A DNA stretch of 53,461 nt, taken from a virus. The notes under the pieces were generated by a model. It was not told where the DNA came from. It did not search any database and worked only from the letters and a program-made list of their open reading frames with translations. Position numbers and translations under genes: made by a program. The stretch is taken from UHGV virus genome UHGV-0032033. The stretch is one strand, 5' to 3'. Below, in pieces: positions 10,112-18,831 of the stretch. How positions within the stretch are numbered: position 1 is the first letter of the stretch; every line of letters starts with the position of its first letter.

Positions 10112-10542
10112 TATTGCCCCCAGCGTTTTATAAATTCCTCATTTAATTTCGTATCACCCGACCATTGAACATCATGTTCAGCACCGAACGAGTAAATCAA
10201 TTCGATTAGTTCACTGAATTCTGATTTACTCATCCGGCTTGTAGACGTTCCCAATACAACGAAGCCGGATTTATCCAGGTTAGGGACGACGCCATATTTT
10301 TTAAGCCCGGCTGTGAATACCGCTTTCCAATCTTCCGGCGACAGCTTCTTGCCGTACCAATTAACCTGATCGCTAATGTCGGTTAACAGCGCCCAAAGCA
10401 ACGCATTTTGGCTTAGCGAGCGGGTTTTCTCCTGGATGGTAATTATCAGCGGGCTTTTGCTATCAGGCTGGATCTCTCTTATCTGCCTGATAGCGTTTTC
10501 TTTCACGGCGTCATTAACTATCTCAAATCTAATTTGTCTCAT
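10111..10542 (-). CDS. ninB: NinB/Orf-family recombination mediator
   Basis: 143 aa, colinear with lambda NinB (EIRSPAHQQNAIHAV.. vs EIVNDAVKENAIRQI.., SLSQNALLWALLTDISDQVNWYGK, VVPNLDKSGFVVLGTSTSRMS). Confidence 0.85.
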   Translation of the reverse strand: MRQIRFEIVNDAVKENAIRQIREIQPDSKSPLIITIQEKTRSLSQNALLWALLTDISDQVNWYGKKLSPEDWKAVFTAGLKKYGVVPNLDKSGFVVLGTSTSRMSKSEFSELIELIYSFGAEHDVQWSGDTKLNEEFIKRWGQ

Positions 10543-10736
10543 GACACACCGTTGCTATTTTTCCATTGCGCCCGCGCATACATGATCGCCCATAAAGAAA
10601 TTAGCCTTGAACTAGACATAAAATCGTTTTTAAGTTTTTTCATATCAATAACTACAGGGCGATCAGGATCATCGCCGCGCATGTATTCCGCAATCGTGCT
10701 CAGGTCTTCAACAGTTAAATCCAGTTCTTTGTCCAT
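10539..10736 (-). CDS. hypothetical protein (65 aa)
   Basis: Translationally coupled small ORF in leftward early operon. Confidence 0.45.
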   Translation of the reverse strand: MDKELDLTVEDLSTIAEYMRGDDPDRPVVIDMKKLKNDFMSSSRLISLWAIMYARAQWKNSNGVS

Positions 10737-10745
10737 AGCGCCACC

Positions 10746-10952
10746 TTACACAATACGCATTATGTTTCTTGATTCACCGCGCAGCGCCTGCAACGCTTCG
10801 CGAACTGGAACAAAAGCTCTGTTAAATTTTACGTGTCTGTACTTGCGCATCAGTGGAGGTGTATAAACCATCGCGCCGCAAGAATTGCATGGGAAACGGA
10901 AATGTGATTCATCAATGAATGTTTCAACTGAATAAAATATTACCCGTCTCAT
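10746..10952 (-). CDS. hypothetical protein (68 aa)
   Basis: Small ORF in leftward early operon, overlapping start of downstream gene. Confidence 0.4.
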   Translation of the reverse strand: MRRVIFYSVETFIDESHFRFPCNSCGAMVYTPPLMRKYRHVKFNRAFVPVREALQALRGESRNIMRIV

Positions 10953-11542
10953 AATTCTAACCCCGTTTCGCTGTTAAGTTTTTCGATTTCAAATACTGGT
11001 TTATCCGGCAGCAGGCCGTTATTTTTCCGGTATTCGTTCAGGCGGCTATCAAAATCAAATGCAAGATCATTAGCGTGACCGAATCGCCCGGGCTTAAACA
11101 GTGAGTAAAAATTAAGGCCGTGTTTATTGGTGTCTATGCAAAGCGTTTCATCCAGTACCATTAAACGCAGCGTGCGCGACAGGTAATTCCACGGAATACC
11201 AGTTTCCGCGCTAATGTCACGCATACGCTTTTTAACGCTGTAGTCACTAAATAACGCCGCCACACGATCGCGCCGTTGCGCATACAAATATTTAATTCGA
11301 TACCCCAACAAGCGGCGGCGCGGTCCAAAATATGTATACACACGCTCAACAATACCAGTATCGATCAGGTGTTTAATTGTCTCAGACAAACATCCTGCTT
11401 CGTCATATTCCGCTGATAATCCTGTTTTCTGGCGTAGCTGGTGCATCGTTGCGATGCCGTCAATTTCAAGGATATTGATAACCTTTGTTTCAAGTTCAAT
11501 GCTCATTGTTTTTCGCCTCGTTTTAAGCACGAAAACAGCCAC
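10949..11542 (-). CDS. hypothetical protein, winged-helix-like N-terminus (start may be internal Met MSIELET)
   Basis: 197-aa ORF directly downstream of DnaB gene; N-terminal segment VINILEIDGIATMHQLRQKTGLS resembles wHTH. Confidence 0.45.
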   Translation of the reverse strand: MAVFVLKTRRKTMSIELETKVINILEIDGIATMHQLRQKTGLSAEYDEAGCLSETIKHLIDTGIVERVYTYFGPRRRLLGYRIKYLYAQRRDRVAALFSDYSVKKRMRDISAETGIPWNYLSRTLRLMVLDETLCIDTNKHGLNFYSLFKPGRFGHANDLAFDFDSRLNEYRKNNGLLPDKPVFEIEKLNSETGLEL

Positions 11543-11585
11543 CAGAAAGCGGTAGACTTTCCGGTAAGCCGTTTGCTCAAGTTAA

Positions 11586-13007
11586 TTAAAAAGATGCGTT
11601 GGTATGGTTATTTCGTTGGGAGAATCGGCTTGTCGCCGGACGTTGTTGCATTGACTGGATGCAAGCGGACGCTGCGCGGGCCTGGTCACAAGGGAGGATA
11701 TTGCCGTTGTCGTCAAATCGCTGGTAAACAGTCCCCGTTTTCCCGTGACGGTTTTTTGAAACGATGATCTCCATGTATTCGCGGGCAACTGATTGTTCGT
11801 TGTAGTAGCCGTCACGGTAAACCATGATGATCCGGTCCGCGTCTTGTTCAAGATTACCGGAATCGCGCAGATCAGAATTGTTCGGGCGCTTGTTCGGTCG
11901 TTCTTCAACGCGGCGGGATAATTGCGCCAGTGCCGCCACTGGCACGCGCAACTCTTTCGCCATCATTTTCAATGACCACGACAATTGCCCTACAGCGAGA
12001 TCATGACGTTCGGCCTTAGCCAGTTTCATTAACCCGATGTAGTCAATCATAACCATCCCCAGGTTAGGATGGTCCTGTTTCATCCGTTCGACGGTGGCGC
12101 GTATTTCCTCGACCGTTAACTGCGATGCGTCAACAATCCACACATCGAGATCGGCAAGGGCGCTCATTCCCTGGGCGACGTGCGCCCAACCTTCGTCATC
12201 CAGTTTTACCGGATTACGAAGGCAATCCGTTGATAAGTTCCCAGCGCCAGCTATAGCGCGTTCAGTCATCTGATCGAGCGACATTTCAAGCGTAAACAGC
12301 AAAACGCCGACCCGTTGACCTTCGCTGCCAGGGTATGGACGTTCAGCCGCCGCGCGGGCAATTGCCAACGCCAACGCAGATTTACCAGACCCTGGGCGTC
12401 CGGCGATAAGCACCAGATCAGTAGCGTTAATGCCTCCTAACATTTCGTCGAGTGGGTCAATCCCTGTTTTGATGTTGTCAGAGTTAACGCCACACTCCAT
12501 GCGCTTACTTAGCACTTCCGTGTATTCCTGTACCGCGTCGCGCAACAGCACCGGAATAATCTTGTCTTTCGTTACTTTTAATTTTGAATACCGGGAATCA
12601 AAATATTTCATCGTCTCCCTGACAACTTCAAGCGTCCCGGTTTCCAGCTTGTAGCGGATATCTTCCATCAGTTCCAACATTTGCCGCCGCTGATATTCCT
12701 CCTGCAATAGCGCGGCGTACCCCTTCAGGTTGGCAGCCGAAGGACACGATCGCGCCGTTTGCATTAGCGGGATGAAGTTTTCGTTACCGATTTCATCACC
12801 GACCATCAGCGCGTCAATAAGGTTTCTGTTTCTAGCTTGCGCCCGGATGATCTCAAACGCTCGTTTATATAGTGGAATGGTGAAGACTTCAGGATCGAGC
12901 GTAGCAAGAACATCTTGCGCGTTAGGAGTAAGCCCGCCTAACAGGAGACCACCTATCACAGCCGCTTCCCGTTCCTGGCGTAATGAATTTACTTGCTCAG
13001 TCACCAT
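11586..13007 (-). CDS. dnaB: replicative DNA helicase, DnaB family
   Basis: 473 aa; Walker A GRPGSGKSALALAIA, N-terminal DnaB-like domain, C-terminal RecA-like core motifs. Confidence 0.85.
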   Translation of the reverse strand: MVTEQVNSLRQEREAAVIGGLLLGGLTPNAQDVLATLDPEVFTIPLYKRAFEIIRAQARNRNLIDALMVGDEIGNENFIPLMQTARSCPSAANLKGYAALLQEEYQRRQMLELMEDIRYKLETGTLEVVRETMKYFDSRYSKLKVTKDKIIPVLLRDAVQEYTEVLSKRMECGVNSDNIKTGIDPLDEMLGGINATDLVLIAGRPGSGKSALALAIARAAAERPYPGSEGQRVGVLLFTLEMSLDQMTERAIAGAGNLSTDCLRNPVKLDDEGWAHVAQGMSALADLDVWIVDASQLTVEEIRATVERMKQDHPNLGMVMIDYIGLMKLAKAERHDLAVGQLSWSLKMMAKELRVPVAALAQLSRRVEERPNKRPNNSDLRDSGNLEQDADRIIMVYRDGYYNEQSVAREYMEIIVSKNRHGKTGTVYQRFDDNGNILPCDQARAASACIQSMQQRPATSRFSQRNNHTNASF

Positions 13008-13025
13008 TATGGTATAGCCTCCGGT

Positions 13026-14144
13026 TTACAAAATGGAATATTCAGGGTAATAAACAAAGCGCCCGATCTCCCCATAATCAGGACTGTAAATTATTACCGC
13101 AGCCAGACGCCGCGACCGCCAGCCGCCATTCGTTGAATAAGCGTCTTTGCCCGCTAACGTGCCGTGATGTTCTACGATCCCTAACGATGTTTCTACAACA
13201 GACTGGTGATGAAGATGGCCCGTATGAGCGTAAACCGCCGCCGACTTGCCGAAATCCTCCCGCCAGTCAGAGATGCAGGCAGCTAACAAATTTTCGGGTT
13301 TTTTGATAGTGTGACCGTGATGATAGGCAAGGAATGTTTTGCCGTACTGTGTGTGGTGGACGATAGCAGGGGACACGTCAACCGTCACGCGCGGTTCATC
13401 TTCGTAAAAAGCAGCCAGCGCCGCACGTAGCCAAATCATCCCTGATTGATCATGATTTCCGCTAAGCACCTGGATCTCGACATCCTTATGATTTAGCAAC
13501 ATCTTCCCGACAGCACGCCGGACCGACCGGATCGCCACGTAAACAAGTTTTGCGTAGCGTGAATCACAATCCAAAACGTGATTACTTGATGGCGTCACTG
13601 GTAACAGTCCGTCAGTGTGGAGCACATCCCCGCCTAACAGCAAAACAGCTTTTTCAGACATCGGTGCAGCGCCTACCGCGTAGTCGAAGAAATCATTTAG
13701 CACGCGCTCAGCGATCCCAGTGTCGTAGCTCTCGCCGCATTCTGCCTTGTGAGCAAGCGCCCCGATATGCAGATCAAATACCGGATAAAGGGCCAGGCTT
13801 TTTTGGAAATCAATTTCCGGCACTGGCACGGCCTCCGCGCGGGGTATTTCTTCCGTGAATGCATCACAAGCCGATTGCATTAGCCTTTCCATTTCATCGC
13901 GATCACGGGCTGTTTTAATCCAGCGCATAATCACATTGCCATCCTTATCGACGAGCAATGACTCACCATTGACGCCAAAACCCGGCGCGCGACGCGTGGA
14001 TATTAAACCGCGTTTCGCCAACCGTGCGCCCAGGCGTTCGACGTTGCGTTTTGCCATGCCATATTTTTCTGCTATTTGCTTGTAAGTTTTCCCCTTGTTG
14101 TACTCAGCGATCAGTTCCTCATCGCTGATCTTTCTTTGTGACAT
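13026..14144 (-). CDS. HTH domain fused to calcineurin-like metallophosphoesterase
   Basis: N-terminal HTH (TYKQIAEKYGMAKRNVERLGARLAKRGLI); C-terminal phosphoesterase motifs DLHIG, GGDVLHTD, LSGNHD, HTGHLHH; occupies helicase-loader position between initiator and DnaB. Confidence 0.6.
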   Translation of the reverse strand: MSQRKISDEELIAEYNKGKTYKQIAEKYGMAKRNVERLGARLAKRGLISTRRAPGFGVNGESLLVDKDGNVIMRWIKTARDRDEMERLMQSACDAFTEEIPRAEAVPVPEIDFQKSLALYPVFDLHIGALAHKAECGESYDTGIAERVLNDFFDYAVGAAPMSEKAVLLLGGDVLHTDGLLPVTPSSNHVLDCDSRYAKLVYVAIRSVRRAVGKMLLNHKDVEIQVLSGNHDQSGMIWLRAALAAFYEDEPRVTVDVSPAIVHHTQYGKTFLAYHHGHTIKKPENLLAACISDWREDFGKSAAVYAHTGHLHHQSVVETSLGIVEHHGTLAGKDAYSTNGGWRSRRLAAVIIYSPDYGEIGRFVYYPEYSIL

Positions 14145-14537
14145 AACGTTACTTCCTCATGTTTACAGAATGTATATTTATTTTCCGTAAAACGCGCTAC
14201 AACGCAAAATTCCACCGCGTAACCCACTTGTAAGGGTGCAGTGTCTTTTTTGCGCCAGAGGCGCTATCAGGTGGCTAATTTTTGATTTACAGACTGGTAG
14301 GTAGGTTATGGATTAACGAGAAGGTACAAGCCGCCGAACAAAGCGACGTTAACAGCGATTGCCGCAGCGATGGCAAGCCAGGGCGAAAACGTGTTTACCG
14401 TCCATTTTAAAATCCTCTCTGTAACGCTCTATAACGAGCTAATCGCAAAAAGGTAAGAAGTGTAGCACCATATGCGATTTAGCTCGCTGGTGAGGTTGTT
14501 TTGTGGGTAATTTTGGATTTTTGCGGATCGTGGTTGG

Positions 14538-15566
14538 TCAAAGAACGCCAGCGCGTGTATCACGTAGCGTTTTTGGTTTAAGCAGGAAATCAAGTGTCGC
14601 AGTAAAGCCATTGCCGAAGTAAAAATCTGAAGCCGTGTTTTTGAACGTTTCGAAGTAGGCGACAAAGCCGTTAATGCTTTTGTCTTTCAGGTAGTCAGTG
14701 AACGCATAGATCTTGCGTTCAAGATCCCGATCCAGTTCGGCAGGTGGTAACAGGCCGTCGAATGTCTGGTTAAATGCTGATACCACGACAGCAGAGTTAA
14801 CCGTAGCTGTAACTCTTCGCCATTGTTCAGCCTTTGCCAGATATTCATCAAAGCGGTTTACCCTTGCGATCTTTATCGGTTCAGGTTTAAACGACCACGT
14901 TTCCGCTATCCAGTCGATAACCATGATCAGATCTTCTTCAGTGTATGCACTGCGTGTTTTTGTCTCCTTCAGCAGCTTGATAAAGTATTTTTTCTCCTTA
15001 TGTTTGCTATTAAACTTGTTGTTATAGTGATCGAGTACGCGCGACGCTGCCAAATCAGCCGCCTGATCTTCTTCGCTGATAGGCCCGTCTTTTTCCAATA
15101 CACGGAGTGTATTGTTTTTAATGTTCTCTTTACTGGTTATATATGACTGATTAGGGTGTCTCTCTGACACCACCCCCGGTGTCACAGTGACACTACCCTG
15201 GTGTCTCTCTGACACTACCCCCGGTGTCACAGTGACACTACCCTGGTGTCTCTCTGACACTACCCCCGGTGTCACAGTGACACTACCCTGCAATGATGGC
15301 AAGACGATGACATAGAAATTACTTGTTTGCTCTTTTCCTCCTATTAGATAACGAGGTTGTTTAATTAATAACCCTTTCTCACAAAGAGCATCAATAGCCC
15401 GCATAGCTGTACTTTTACCTATTTCGCATTGCTTCGCTATGTGCTGGTAAGAAGGGTAACATTCGCCGTTATCGTTAGCGTTATCAGCCAACTTTAACAG
15501 CACCAGTTTGTGCATTGGGTTTCCGACCTCAGTATGGAATACCTCGACCATTAGCCGCATACTCAT
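14538..15566 (-). CDS. replication initiation protein (lambda O-like architecture) containing the iteron origin
   Basis: N-terminal HTH domain (KLVLLKLADNANDNGECYPSYQHIAKQCEIGKSTAMRAIDALCEKGLLIK); central linker encoded by 3 x 45-bp iterons (GSVTVTPGVVSERHQ x3). Confidence 0.65.
   Translation of the reverse strand: MSMRLMVEVFHTEVGNPMHKLVLLKLADNANDNGECYPSYQHIAKQCEIGKSTAMRAIDALCEKGLLIKQPRYLIGGKEQTSNFYVIVLPSLQGSVTVTPGVVSERHQGSVTVTPGVVSERHQGSVTVTPGVVSERHPNQSYITSKENIKNNTLRVLEKDGPISEEDQAADLAASRVLDHYNNKFNSKHKEKKYFIKLLKETKTRSAYTEEDLIMVIDWIAETWSFKPEPIKIARVNRFDEYLAKAEQWRRVTATVNSAVVVSAFNQTFDGLLPPAELDRDLERKIYAFTDYLKDKSINGFVAYFETFKNTASDFYFGNGFTATLDFLLKPKTLRDTRAGVL
15155..15289. repeat. origin iterons: three tandem 45-bp repeats, each with two GGTGTC-N4/5-GACAC palindromes
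   Basis: ggtgtctctctgacac(t/c)acccccggtgtcacagtgacactaccct repeated 3x within initiator ORF, adjacent AT-rich stretch at ~15121-15150. Confidence 0.8.
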
Positions 15567-15587
15567 AAATATTGGCCTCCTGATAAA

Positions 15588-15833
15588 CTAGAACATCAAC
15601 TGATAAACACAGAAGAAACCAGGTAGCTTGCTGATAAGACCATTTCTTTCAAGTTGATGCAGCGCAGAAACAGCATCGTGTAACGTAATTTCACACATTA
15701 CAGAGATCTCTTCCGGTGTGACTTCGCTTTTGCCGTTACATCCAGCCTTTGTTGCCAGCGCAATTAAGATGAGTTTTTGCGCCGGATCATTGTTATTCAG
15801 GCGAATATCAAAAGCCTTGCGCACGTAATACAT
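15588..15833 (-). CDS. small HTH protein, first gene of leftward early operon (Cro/cII position); paralogous to initiator N-domain
   Basis: RBS aggagaaaagaat-ATG; 81 aa from internal Met of track ORF; KLILIALATKAGCNGKSEVTPEEISVMCEITLHDAVSALHQLERNGLISK mirrors initiator N-terminus. Confidence 0.45.
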   Translation of the reverse strand: MYYVRKAFDIRLNNNDPAQKLILIALATKAGCNGKSEVTPEEISVMCEITLHDAVSALHQLERNGLISKLPGFFCVYQLMF

Positions 15834-15911
15834 ATTCTTTTCTCCTATGGTTAGAATGAACGCGCGGGCGGGCATCCCATTAGCATTAGATAGCAGTGAC
15901 TGACCGCTCAA

Positions 15912-16138
15912 CAGATCCCGCCGTTGCGTGATATTTGTTTTTCGCTTCGCAGCGACACCGGATTTTTAAAGAGCTTAAGGTAAGTGCCTTTTTGTGCCTT
16001 CCGTTATCTTTTTCCTTGCGTCTTTGCAAGTATGGCCTTACCTTGTCTGCAAGTTTACAAAATGGAATTTTAAGATCAAGGCTTAAAATACACGTTTTGT
16101 GACTTGCATCAAACTTTTTGAGGTTATAGGGTAGCGAC
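15912..16138. promoter_or_regulatory. divergent immunity-region control region (cI promoter / leftward early promoter, operators)
   Basis: Intergenic between divergent cI and early operon; palindromes CTTGCgtctttGCAAG (~16015-16030) and CTTGtctgCAAG (~16042-16053); 16-mer GTTTACAAAATGGAAT at ~16053; cI ATG lacks SD (leaderless-like). Confidence 0.5.
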
Positions 16139-16786
16139 ATGAAAACAAAATGGTATGACTTAGCAAAGCAGCTCATGCGGGCGCAGGGCATGAGTCAGGA
16201 TTCACTCGCAGATCTCATGGGGATAACTAAAGGCGGCCTGTCACACTGGCTGAATGGTCGCCGCGAGCCTAATCTTGAAGATATTGCGCGGATTATGCGG
16301 GCGCTTGGTCGTCGGCAGTTTACTGTTACACATGACGGCATGGTCATTGATGATTCTGTTTCTAATACACTTCAGGCCGCGCCGCCGCGTGATTTAGGTA
16401 GTTACCCGGTTATTGACTGGAAGGACACAGTAAACAATATGGATGACACAAGGCGATCAGCATTACCACACGTTACGACTAGCGTTATTTGTTCAGATGA
16501 TAGTTACTGGCTGGTTGCCAAAGGTGAATCAATGAACGCGCCGCAGGGGTTGAGCATCCCTGCTGGGACGATGATACTTGTAGACCCGCACGCGCCAGCT
16601 ATTGACGGCAAACTGGTTATAGCCCAGCTTGAGGAAGGGCAGATACCGACGTTTAAACAGTTGATTATTGATGGAGGTCAAAGGCTTTTACGTTCGCTCA
16701 ATCCGCTGTATCCGCCAATCCCTATGAATCCAGAATCAAAAATTATAGGCGTGGTGGTTGATGCGAAGATCGTAAACCTGCCATAA
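16139..16786 (+). CDS. cI: cI-like repressor (XRE HTH + S24/LexA-type autopeptidase)
   Basis: N-terminal HTH (SQDSLADLMGITKGGLSHWLNGRREP), C-terminal S24 motifs (VAKGESMNAP, IPTFKQLIIDGG); divergent from early operon. Confidence 0.85.
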   Translation: MKTKWYDLAKQLMRAQGMSQDSLADLMGITKGGLSHWLNGRREPNLEDIARIMRALGRRQFTVTHDGMVIDDSVSNTLQAAPPRDLGSYPVIDWKDTVNNMDDTRRSALPHVTTSVICSDDSYWLVAKGESMNAPQGLSIPAGTMILVDPHAPAIDGKLVIAQLEEGQIPTFKQLIIDGGQRLLRSLNPLYPPIPMNPESKIIGVVVDAKIVNLP

Positions 16787-16789
16787 ACA

Positions 16790-16818
16790 TTAGCCGCCGG
16801 ATGGCGGCTTTTCTTTGC
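16790..16818 (+). terminator. rho-independent terminator after cI
   Basis: hairpin agccgcc-ggat-ggcggct followed by TTTCTTTG. Confidence 0.7.
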
Positions 16819-16909
16819 CCGGAAAACACCAAAACGTAAACAGAAAACGTTATTTATTGTTTAAATATCAATAGCATATAAAATATTTTAAAAAGGTATA
16901 CAAAATGGA

Positions 16910-16938
16910 TTGACTCGATGTTTTACGGGGCGTATATT
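16910..16938 (+). promoter_or_regulatory. near-consensus sigma70 promoter for rightward early operon (pL-equivalent)
   Basis: TTGACT - 17 nt - TATATT; preceded by motif AGGTATACAAAATGG; followed by ~340-nt leader before first ORF. Confidence 0.6.
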
Positions 16939-17285
16939 GCGAGTCAAAGGAAGGGCGCAGGTAACAAAAGCAACTTCCTGGCACTTTAAAAATCAGGCTT
17001 AACACCTTGTCAACCGTGGAGTAACTCCCCGATGAGGGACTGAAAGCGGCACTGATAACAAGGCGCATGGGGTGTTTAAAGCGTTACATCCCCCACGAAA
17101 CCGCACGCAAGGCGACGAGTCAGCTTGCTTGGAGTGAGCAAGGTCACGCCGGGAACGGCGATGATTGCGGGATTAGTTGAAAGATGTTAGGCCGCTCATT
17201 AACAATCTGGTCAGCCGCTGGAAGTGCGGCAATTAACGAAGATGATTTTTATTAAGTTTCATCAAGGATATACGGAGATCAGATT

Positions 17286-17576
17286 ATGAGCGTTACAATT
17301 ATGTATGGCAAATGTGACAGTAAACTGAATGCCAGGGAACGCAGAAGGATAAAAAGAGAAAACGAAAGAAAATCATCACCTGCAATCAATAAAACAGACA
17401 ATGTGGATAAAGCTATTCGATTTGCAAACGAGGAAAGATGCAAACCAAATAGCATTAAAGAACGTCGCAAAGGATCAGTAAAATGGTATACGGAAAATGA
17501 AAGCGGCAACTACTACCACGCAACGCAACCACGCCATTTAGGGGAAAAACCCCTGGATAAAGTCCGCTACCATTAA
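17286..17576 (+). CDS. hypothetical basic protein (96 aa)
   Basis: RBS ggag; Arg/Lys-rich (ARERRRIKRENERK); first ORF of rightward early operon. Confidence 0.45.
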   Translation: MSVTIMYGKCDSKLNARERRRIKRENERKSSPAINKTDNVDKAIRFANEERCKPNSIKERRKGSVKWYTENESGNYYHATQPRHLGEKPLDKVRYH

Positions 17577-17606
17577 TACAAAATGTAAACATCCGGAGGT
17601 GACATT

Positions 17607-17726
17607 ATGGTTATTCAGGCGCTTCAATTCAAACTGGCGGTAGCGGAAATGCTTCATGATGCCGAAATGTGGAGCGCCGCGAATAAAGCCTTATACGTAG
17701 TGTTAACAGCACGGGAGATTAAATAG
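17607..17726 (+). CDS. hypothetical small protein (39 aa)
   Basis: ATG-initiated mini-ORF whose stop overlaps erf GTG start; MVIQALQFKLAVAEMLHDAEMW... Confidence 0.3.
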   Translation: MVIQALQFKLAVAEMLHDAEMWSAANKALYVVLTAREIK

Positions 17727-18367
17727 TGAAAACAGAGTTACATAAAAAGCTATGGACGATTCAGCAAACGCTGAACGCGCCGAAAAATCAGCGTAATAAT
17801 TTTGGTGGATATAACTACAGGTCGGCGGAGGATATTTTAGAGGCGGTTAAACCACTGCTTCAAAATATCACGCTGACTGTTAGTGATGAAATTGTCCTGA
17901 TCGGCAATCGCTATTATGTGAAAGCTACGGCGACGCTAAGCGATGGTGAAGACGTAATAGCGGTAACTGCTTATGCCAGGGAGGAAGAAAGCAAGAAGGG
18001 TATGGACGCCAGCCAGCTAACAGGAGCAACATCAAGTTACGCGCGTAAATATGCTTTGAACGGTTTATTCTGTATAGATGATGCTCGCGATCCTGATACT
18101 GATGCTTACGCGAAGCAGACAGGCCAGCAGCCGCGACAACAGAAAAACCCACCAAAACAACAACCGCAGCAGAAGAAAGCGCCGCCAAATCCTGATGAAG
18201 TATTAGCACGTTTCTGTGATGCAGCAGCGAAAGCGCAGGACGCTAACAAGCTGCGTGAAATATTTGGCAAATGCTGGAAATTACTACCGGAAGGATCGGA
18301 ACATCGAATCAAGGCAAAAGATGTTTATGACATCCGGGTAGCAGAACTTAACGGGGAGATGGGTTAA
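17726..18367 (+). CDS. erf: Erf-family single-strand annealing protein
   Basis: GTG start with RBS gggag; N-terminal NNFGGYNYRSAEDILEAVKPLL and SSYARKYALNGLF motifs typical of ERF; Gln/Pro-rich C-terminal tail. Confidence 0.7.
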   Translation: MKTELHKKLWTIQQTLNAPKNQRNNFGGYNYRSAEDILEAVKPLLQNITLTVSDEIVLIGNRYYVKATATLSDGEDVIAVTAYAREEESKKGMDASQLTGATSSYARKYALNGLFCIDDARDPDTDAYAKQTGQQPRQQKNPPKQQPQQKKAPPNPDEVLARFCDAAAKAQDANKLREIFGKCWKLLPEGSEHRIKAKDVYDIRVAELNGEMG

Positions 18368-18831
18368 TGAGTTTAAATTCAATCACGCTGGGCGGGAATA
18401 TCGGTAATGATATGGAGGTTCGCTACACACAAAACGGGAAAGCGATTGGTAGTTTTCCGTTAGCTGTAACGAATGGCTACGGCGATAATAAGCGGACAAT
18501 GTGGATCACTTGCATGGTATTCGGTGAGCGCGCGGAAAAATTAGCGCCGCATATCCGCAAGGGTGGAAAAATAGTGGTAAGCGGTCGCCTGGATGTTCGG
18601 CAATATGACCGGAACGACGGCACGAAGGGGACGGCGGTAGAAGTGGCGGTTAACGAATTTGAATTCCTTAGCAGGAATGATCAGCAGCCGCAGCAGCAAC
18701 AGCAACAACCACAGCAACAGCAGAATCATAGCGGTGGATATAAAGAGCCGCCAATGGATTTTGATGACGACATCCCATTCGCTCCTGTGGGTTTACAATA
18801 TGGCAAAAGCAGAATCTACGCACTATCTTGA
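18367..18831 (+). CDS. ssb: single-stranded DNA-binding protein
   Basis: OB-fold N-terminus (LGGNIGNDMEVRYTQNGKAIGSFPLAV...WITCMVFGERAE), Gln/Pro-rich linker, acidic tip DFDDDIPF. Confidence 0.85.
   Translation: MSLNSITLGGNIGNDMEVRYTQNGKAIGSFPLAVTNGYGDNKRTMWITCMVFGERAEKLAPHIRKGGKIVVSGRLDVRQYDRNDGTKGTAVEVAVNEFEFLSRNDQQPQQQQQQPQQQQNHSGGYKEPPMDFDDDIPFAPVGLQYGKSRIYALS

Noticed and set aside
15155-15289. Three 45-bp direct repeats that could be mistaken for a short CRISPR array
   Set aside because: The repeats are contiguous with no spacers, lie in frame inside a replication initiator ORF, and each contains paired palindromic sites; this is an iteron origin.
15886-16191. 101-aa minus-strand track ORF overlapping the cI start, a candidate Cro
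   Set aside because: Lys/Cys-rich low-complexity translation with no HTH, spanning the operator-containing intergenic region and overlapping the cI ATG; more likely a chance ORF over regulatory DNA.
16940-17285. Possible tRNA or tmRNA in the long non-coding leader
   Set aside because: No tRNA-like T-loop (GTTCRANYC) or acceptor/anticodon arrangement could be found; left as a possible structured leader only.
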